A stretch of 64,000 nucleotides of DNA, from contig JBGSOV010000020.1 in assembly GCA_041738935.1 (NCBI GenBank), forward strand, positions 57,467 to 121,466, in the 5' to 3' direction. The notes beneath the pieces are model-generated. The model ran no database searches, was not told where the DNA came from, and saw nothing but the letters and a program-made list of their open reading frames with translations. Positions 58,772-64,000 of the stretch are shown here, one piece after another. Origin of the DNA: Candidatus Altimarinota bacterium (lineage in GTDB: Bacteria; Patescibacteriota; Gracilibacteria; CAIRYL01; GCA-016699755). The position numbers were made by a program, and so were the translations under genes. Every line of letters starts with the position of its first letter. Position 1 is the first letter of the stretch.

Positions 58772-58792
58772 GGAATCGTATTTTAAGGAAAT

Positions 58793-58981
58793 ATGGAAAA
58801 TCAACCAAGAACAACGCCAGCTCCAATAGATGTTAGAGAGATAGGACAAAGAAACATTGAAGCAATTTGGAGAGAGGCTGACATGGAAAATAATTTGATA
58901 GCTTCGGTAAGAGGTGGCGTAGAAATCACTTTAGACAAAATGCCTGCCGGACAAGCAAAACTCATCGGTTCCGATAACTAA
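58793..58981 (+). CDS. Small hypothetical protein (62 aa)
   Basis: Own promoter and AAGGA upstream of the ATG. Confidence 0.6.
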   Translation: MENQPRTTPAPIDVREIGQRNIEAIWREADMENNLIASVRGGVEITLDKMPAGQAKLIGSDN

Positions 58982-59049
58982 AAAATACTCAGCTAACAGA
59001 AAACTCGTACAAAAAATGGAGGCGCACTAATCGTGTTCATAAATAAGCA

Positions 59050-59133
59050 TTAGTCACACTGATTCTGTTCCTGACAAATCATTTCGTCCGTCTCAGGAAG
59101 ATAGGCTTGGTAGCGTTGCAGAACATCAAACAT
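59050..59133 (-). CDS. Candidate 27-aa peptide
   Basis: MFDVLQRYQAYLPETDEMICQEQNQCD, downstream of TTGAAA-17-TACAAT (59161-59189). Confidence 0.4.
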   Translation of the reverse strand: MFDVLQRYQAYLPETDEMICQEQNQCD

Positions 59134-59237
59134 GTTTTTTTGTTTCAAATTTCTTGCAAAATTGTACAGGAGATTGCACAAGATTTCAATATTTTAGTGA
59201 TATTCGTGCACCTCTTGGCAAATCTGACCAATTCAAA

Positions 59238-60845
59238 CTAGGAATGCATTTCTTTACGTGCAAGTTCTTCAAGAACCATTGTTAATAATCGTGTCCCATT
59301 TTCGATATCATCAGGGTAAGAATATTCATCTGGATCGTGGCTCAGACCTCTTTCGGAATGAATAAATATCAAACCGTTCTTTTTGAATTTCATAACATCG
59401 TGTCCAGCTCCAGAAACAAGTGTTTGAAACGGAAAATCATTTCTTTCTGCTACCTCTTTTATCAAATCGGAGGTTACTTTATTTAATGTCGCTGGATTCG
59501 ATATGCCTTTGTCCTCTCGAACAATTGATACATTCAGTTTTTGTGCGATTTTCTCACATTCATCGATGATTTTCCTAAATCCTTCTTGCATGTACTCCGT
59601 ATCGGTACCTCGAATATCAAGACGCACAGTTTTGGTTTCGCCCAGCAGCTTTGGGGTACGTCCAAATTCGTTTCTCAAATACAAATATAATGAAGAAGTG
59701 ATATAGAGCGCATCGAGATTATTTTGTTCGCGCGTTTCCATGGGACATGTTCCGGTATGAAACTGAGTTTCGCACTCGATAACAAGCGTATCATTTTGCC
59801 AACTGTGAGATGCTTTAGGAAAATATTCATTCAGATAATTTTGCACTTGATCTTGAATTTTCTCTTTCTCCGAATTTGAGCAGTCAAACACCTTTTCAAA
59901 ATCAAGTTTTTCCTTTGCAGAACCAACATTAAATGCTTCGGTTCCTCGATTGAGTGTTGCACGAAAAATCTCCAAATCTCGATTCGTGTTTTCGTTTTGT
60001 GCGTAATGATCAGCATCGAGAGCAATTTTGCGTATTGACACAACAGATTGGTGAAATGCTTCTTCTGCATTTTCTCCTTCAAATTTGAGCACGCTGCGTA
60101 TTGATCCGGCAATTGCGGTTGTCGCAATTCCAATCTCTCCCCTTTGTACATTCGGTCCCTGCTCAATATGCATCTCGACAATATCGCAATTTTGTAAATA
60201 TTGGAGACATACTGGAGTATCATCTTGTGCCAAACCAGCGCTACGCAATCGTTGTAATTGATCCAGCAGATTAAATGATTGACCGTTTGAGCTCATAGCC
60301 AATTTTTGAGAATTATTTTCTTGCAAACTCCCTGTTGCAAGTGACGACCCAAGACACGATCTTCCCCATAACGAGGATTCTTCTCCTCGCCAACAGACAA
60401 TAACTATCGGTCTTTTTAAATCCAAATTCTTTCCATTATTTTCTTGTTCTTTGATGGCACGCACGGCATCTAAAGCTGCTGCCACACCCAAAACACCATC
60501 GTAGCCACCGCCGCCGACTGTTTTGTCAATCGTGCCCACACTATCGAGATGAGAACCACTCATGACAGCATTAGCATTTGGATTACAATCTTGCGGATAA
60601 TACGTTCCAAACAAATTACCAAACTTGTCTGTGCTGATGTCTAGTCCAAGAGACTCCATCTCGGCTCGCGCTATCGCAAAAGCCCTGTCTTCTGACTCGG
60701 TATATGCCATAACATGTCGACCTTTTTCCGAAAAAAATTCGCCTTCCTCCCCTTTTGTCAGTCGCAAAAAAGTCTGGAATACGGCAAGATGTGGAAACTT
60801 CGCTTTGTCTTTATTAAGCCGACTAATAATATGTTCGGCAGACAT
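59238..60845 (-). CDS. M20 family amidohydrolase (allantoate / N-carbamoyl-amino-acid hydrolase-like), enlarged
   Basis: SGSHLDSV, YDGVLGV, GEES, EMHIEQG, SGAGHD, LSHDPDE. Confidence 0.85.
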   Translation of the reverse strand: MSAEHIISRLNKDKAKFPHLAVFQTFLRLTKGEEGEFFSEKGRHVMAYTESEDRAFAIARAEMESLGLDISTDKFGNLFGTYYPQDCNPNANAVMSGSHLDSVGTIDKTVGGGGYDGVLGVAAALDAVRAIKEQENNGKNLDLKRPIVIVCWRGEESSLWGRSCLGSSLATGSLQENNSQKLAMSSNGQSFNLLDQLQRLRSAGLAQDDTPVCLQYLQNCDIVEMHIEQGPNVQRGEIGIATTAIAGSIRSVLKFEGENAEEAFHQSVVSIRKIALDADHYAQNENTNRDLEIFRATLNRGTEAFNVGSAKEKLDFEKVFDCSNSEKEKIQDQVQNYLNEYFPKASHSWQNDTLVIECETQFHTGTCPMETREQNNLDALYITSSLYLYLRNEFGRTPKLLGETKTVRLDIRGTDTEYMQEGFRKIIDECEKIAQKLNVSIVREDKGISNPATLNKVTSDLIKEVAERNDFPFQTLVSGAGHDVMKFKKNGLIFIHSERGLSHDPDEYSYPDDIENGTRLLTMVLEELARKEMHS

Positions 60846-61019
60846 AGAATCTTAAAAAAACAAATCCGCAGCAACAATAGCACATCTTTATACAACTTTT
60901 TATCTACCATGTTTTTCTCGAAGATTTTTTTACAAAATTTAGAATTCAATTTTCTTCACCGATTCCGCATTCCCAAAGAAGTAAAAGTCGATTACAATGC
61001 ATAAAGCTTTTCCAGACGC

Positions 61020-62309
61020 ATGACACACAATTACAAAGTAAAAGACCTTTCGCTTGCCGATTTTGGCAGAAAGGAAATCACCTTGGCAGAAAAAGAAATG
61101 CCCGGACTGATGGCACTCCGCACGGAATTTGGAAAATCGAAACCACTTACGGGCGCACGCATCGCCGGCTGCATCCACATGACGATCCAAACCGCTGTAC
61201 TTATCGAAACGCTGATCGAACTTGGCGCGGAAGTCCGTTGGAGTTCGTGCAATATCTTTAGCACGCAAGACCACGCGGCGGCGGCAATCGCTGCTACGGA
61301 AATTCCGGTGTTCGCTTGGAAAGGCATGAGTGAAGCGGAATACGACTGGTGCATCGAGCAGACAATCGTCGGCAAAGACGGCTGGCGACCGAACTTGCTG
61401 CTTGATGATGGCGGTGATTTGACCGCAATCGTACATGAACAATTTTCTGAATTACTCAATGATATTCGCGGCGTTTCGGAAGAAACGACCACCGGTGTGC
61501 ATCGCCTCCATCAGATGATGGATCAGGGCAAGCTGAAGATACCAGCGATCGATGTCAATGACGCAGTCACCAAGTCAAAATTCGACAATCTCTATGGCTG
61601 CCGCGAAAGCCTTGTCGATAGTATCCGCCGCGCGACCGATGTAATGCTGAGCGGCAAAGTCGCCGTGGTCGCCGGTTTTGGCGATGTCGGCAAAGGCTCG
61701 GCACAAAGCCTTCGCAATAATGGCTGTCGCGTGCTCGTGACCGAAATCGATCCGATTTGCGCGTTGCAAGCAGCAATGGAGGGTTTTGAAGTCACGACGA
61801 TGGAAGCAGCGGCGCAAGAGGCGGATATTTTTGTAACGGCGACTGGCTGCAACAAAGTGATTACGCGAGCACATTTGGAAGCGATGAAAAACGGCGCAAT
61901 CGTCTGCAATATCGGACACTTCGATCACGAAATCGATGTCGCTTCCATTCGGAACGAGAAATGGACAGAGATTAAGCCGCAAGTGCACGAAATCGAATTT
62001 AACAACGGAAAAAGTATCATCCTGCTCGCGGAAGGGCGACTCGTCAATCTTGGCTGCGCCATGGGGCATCCGAGTTTTGTGATGAGCACTTCCTTTACCA
62101 ATCAGACCTTGGCGCAAATCGAACTGTGGACGAAGTCGGAAAGCTATCCGATCGGCGTACATCGTTTGCCCAAGGCAATTGATGAAAAGGTCGCCGCCCT
62201 GCATCTGAGCAAAGTCGGTGCAAAATTGACGAAACTCACGGCTGAACAAGCGGAGTATTTGGGAATTCCGCAAGAAGGTCCATTTAAAGCGGAATGGTAT
62301 CGATACTGA
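61020..62309 (+). CDS. ahcY: Adenosylhomocysteinase
   Basis: [51 protein letters not shown] terminus. Confidence 0.98.
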   Translation: MTHNYKVKDLSLADFGRKEITLAEKEMPGLMALRTEFGKSKPLTGARIAGCIHMTIQTAVLIETLIELGAEVRWSSCNIFSTQDHAAAAIAATEIPVFAWKGMSEAEYDWCIEQTIVGKDGWRPNLLLDDGGDLTAIVHEQFSELLNDIRGVSEETTTGVHRLHQMMDQGKLKIPAIDVNDAVTKSKFDNLYGCRESLVDSIRRATDVMLSGKVAVVAGFGDVGKGSAQSLRNNGCRVLVTEIDPICALQAAMEGFEVTTMEAAAQEADIFVTATGCNKVITRAHLEAMKNGAIVCNIGHFDHEIDVASIRNEKWTEIKPQVHEIEFNNGKSIILLAEGRLVNLGCAMGHPSFVMSTSFTNQTLAQIELWTKSESYPIGVHRLPKAIDEKVAALHLSKVGAKLTKLTAEQAEYLGIPQEGPFKAEWYRY

Positions 62310-62362
62310 GCAAGTCGCCAGTTGTAAGGAATAAGGTGTAAGACATCAGGGTGCGATTCCTC

Positions 62363-62413
62363 TCCCCCTGGACAGGCGCCTGTCCCGAGAAGTCGGGAGG
62401 AGCTGGAGGGGGT
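62363..62413. repeat. Composite TCCCCCT...GAGGGGGT repeat
   Basis: TCCCCCTGGACAGG-CGCCTGTCCCGAGAAGTCGGGA-GGAGCTGGAGGGGGT. Confidence 0.75.
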
Positions 62414-62499
62414 AGAAATTGGTTTATTCTCGAGGCTCGAGCAGTTTTGCAGACTGCTTGTAAAAGTCCCTGTTCTGCAAAAATGAAGCATAGAATCAA

Positions 62500-62555
62500 T
62501 TGCTCACAAAGCAATATCCTCTCTCTGTTGCTCACAAAGCAATATCCTCTCTCTG
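62500..62555. repeat. Exact 28-bp tandem duplication
   Basis: TTGCTCACAAAGCAATATCCTCTCTCTG twice. Confidence 0.9.
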
Positions 62556-62665
62556 CCTTTTTGTGCGTCATTCAATTATTCTCTGATTAGGGACTATATT
62601 TGGAGCAATCTACAAGATTGCTCCAGCGAAAGAGTTGCAAATCGAAATCATCGAAGGTCGCTCGT

Positions 62666-63034
62666 TTAATCAATTATATACTTTTTCTCCCCCTTAAGTT
62701 CTCGAATCGTCTTTACCAATCCGTTAATTGTTTCATCCAAATCTTTTAATTGTTTCTCAAGATCAGCAATAGTATTTTTGGAGTCTTGAAGTCCGGGAAT
62801 TTCAGCATCATCAAATATGCCAACGAATTCAGCATTTCTTCGAGTTTCAGCTATTTCGTGATGAATCTGTCCAATACTGTCAGACAATCGATTTCTTTCT
62901 TCCCTTTTACTTTCTAATTCCGCAGTTAGTGAAATAACCCTCTCGTTAGTTTCAACAGCTTCATCGTAAGCTGTCTCATCTTCTGGTGATTTGTTTGAGG
63001 ACATTAGTACTGTTTCATTGTCTAATTCTGTCAT
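62666..63034 (-). CDS. Coiled-coil hypothetical protein (AT-rich orphan)
   Basis: 122-aa ORF with a heptad pattern. Confidence 0.7.
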   Translation of the reverse strand: MTELDNETVLMSSNKSPEDETAYDEAVETNERVISLTAELESKREERNRLSDSIGQIHHEIAETRRNAEFVGIFDDAEIPGLQDSKNTIADLEKQLKDLDETINGLVKTIRELKGEKKYIID

Positions 63035-63267
63035 GGTAAAATATAAAAGTAAGTTTACTCTATATTATATTTTTGAATATGCAAGTATTTTTTTTCGACC
63101 TTCCAATCTCCAGTTTGAAAATTTTAAGGAGCAACTTCGCCGGAATGGGTTTGTAACCCATTCCAATGTTTTGTTTCTGGAAGAGCGGATTTTAAATCCG
63201 CGGAATTACAGAATAATTGGTTCGAGATACAACCTCAAACCGGCGGGAAGTTTGGAATGGTGAATTT

Positions 63268-64000
63268 TTATTTCCCACTAAACTTGTATTTGCGTCCGCG
63301 CATCGCAAACGCCTGTTCAGTACCCTCTAGCACATCGAGTACATGACGGTTCATGATCGGGTTTTCGAGTGAGCCGGAAACGACTTCGACCTGATGGTCT
63401 TTGTCTTTGTGGATGCGTACGCGGATGATCTGCTCAGCATCGGCGAGCACCGCGAGATTGGGATTGTGCGTTACCATAATCACTTGCCTGCGCCCTTTGG
63501 CGCGACGCAAAAACGGCACGAGAATTTTGGAAATACTTTGATTGTCGAGGTTGTCTTCCGGCTGATCGAGAATCAGCGGCGTCTCGTCCTTGTCAATCAT
63601 GAGATAAAAAACAAGGAGCAGCGAGCCGCGTTCACCTGGCGAAAGTTCGCTCAGTGGTTTGCCATCGAGGCGCAAATCATATTCGGGCACAAGATATTCG
63701 AGCCCAAAAAGATAATTGTAGAGTTCTAAAATTTTGCCTTTTTTGACCTGAGTATGGATAAATTTTTTGATGGCTTTTTTTTGGCGACGATCAAATTGCA
63801 AAGTGTCGATTATTTTTTCGAGCATGGTGGTGATTGCTGTTGGCTCTTCGGGTTCGACTTCGGCAAGCAGCTTACTGATGGCAAGGAGTGGATTTTCTGC
63901 AAAAGCACCAGAGGATTCAGTATTGATAAAAGCAGCAAAATTTTTCTCAAAATCTAACATGCGGAGCGAAACTTCTAACGAAATATTATATTCTTTAATC
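63268..64000 (-). CDS. C-terminal part of an SMC/ABC-type ATPase (TrlF/PHP-ATPase-like), truncated by the window edge
   Basis: Signature LSPGERG, Walker B/D-loop LILDQPEDNLDN, H-loop VTHNPNL, LEG..AF..R; the frame stays open to 64000. Confidence 0.85.
   Translation of the reverse strand, partial: IKEYNISLEVSLRMLDFEKNFAAFINTESSGAFAENPLLAISKLLAEVEPEEPTAITTMLEKIIDTLQFDRRQKKAIKKFIHTQVKKGKILELYNYLFGLEYLVPEYDLRLDGKPLSELSPGERGSLLLVFYLMIDKDETPLILDQPEDNLDNQSISKILVPFLRRAKGRRQVIMVTHNPNLAVLADAEQIIRVRIHKDKDHQVEVVSGSLENPIMNRHVLDVLEGTEQAFAMRGRKYKFSGK

Noticed and set aside
59011-59040. tRNA/tmRNA 3' end (CGCCTCCA on the minus strand)
   Set aside because: No T-arm (GTTCRA) and no matching acceptor strand
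59095-59125. SAH riboswitch (AGGCTTGG, AGCGTTGCA words near ahcY)
   Set aside because: The elements are in the wrong order and lie about 1.9 kb from the ahcY start with another gene in between
132-62273. Long antisense ORFs over rny, pflB, pilB, clpB, leuA and ahcY
   Set aside because: They are shadow frames of conserved genes with no independent protein features
1-64000. Genetic code 25 (UGA=Gly) as in some Gracilibacteria
   Set aside because: Long genes are uninterrupted under code 11 and several end at TGA exactly at their conserved C-termini

Overview
Bacterial chromosomal window, most consistent with Patescibacteria (CPR), probably a Peregrinibacteria/Gracilibacteria-class lineage. Evidence: a VirB2-like CPR pilin, stand-alone rplA, a Cys-rich CPR-type protein, and few Shine-Dalgarno motifs. 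TGA is used as stop, so the code is 11. Housekeeping genes: rny, uvrC, gmk, rpsT, yidC, rplA, clpB, pilB, ctpA-like S41 protease, dps, gpmA. The metabolic set is unusually rich for a CPR: pflBA, hydG-hydE-hydF, argJCBD, panB, leuA, ahcY and an adenosine-kinase-like PfkB. AT-rich orphan genes and several families of small dispersed repeats are interspersed. Most notable unannotated signals: (1) a ~670-nt, promoter-driven, densely structured minus-strand RNA between rpsT and gmk that I cannot assign to a known class; (2) a 6S-like rod RNA upstream of rny; (3) a lone integron-type gene cassette inserted into a palindrome; (4) a Cys-rich gene followed by spare copies of its own C-terminus; (5) UvrC with an inserted GNAT domain; (6) a HydF with rewritten metal and GTP motifs; (7) palindromic repeats inserted in frame into clpB and another gene. 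All calls come from reading the sequence by eye; no searches or folding programs were run.
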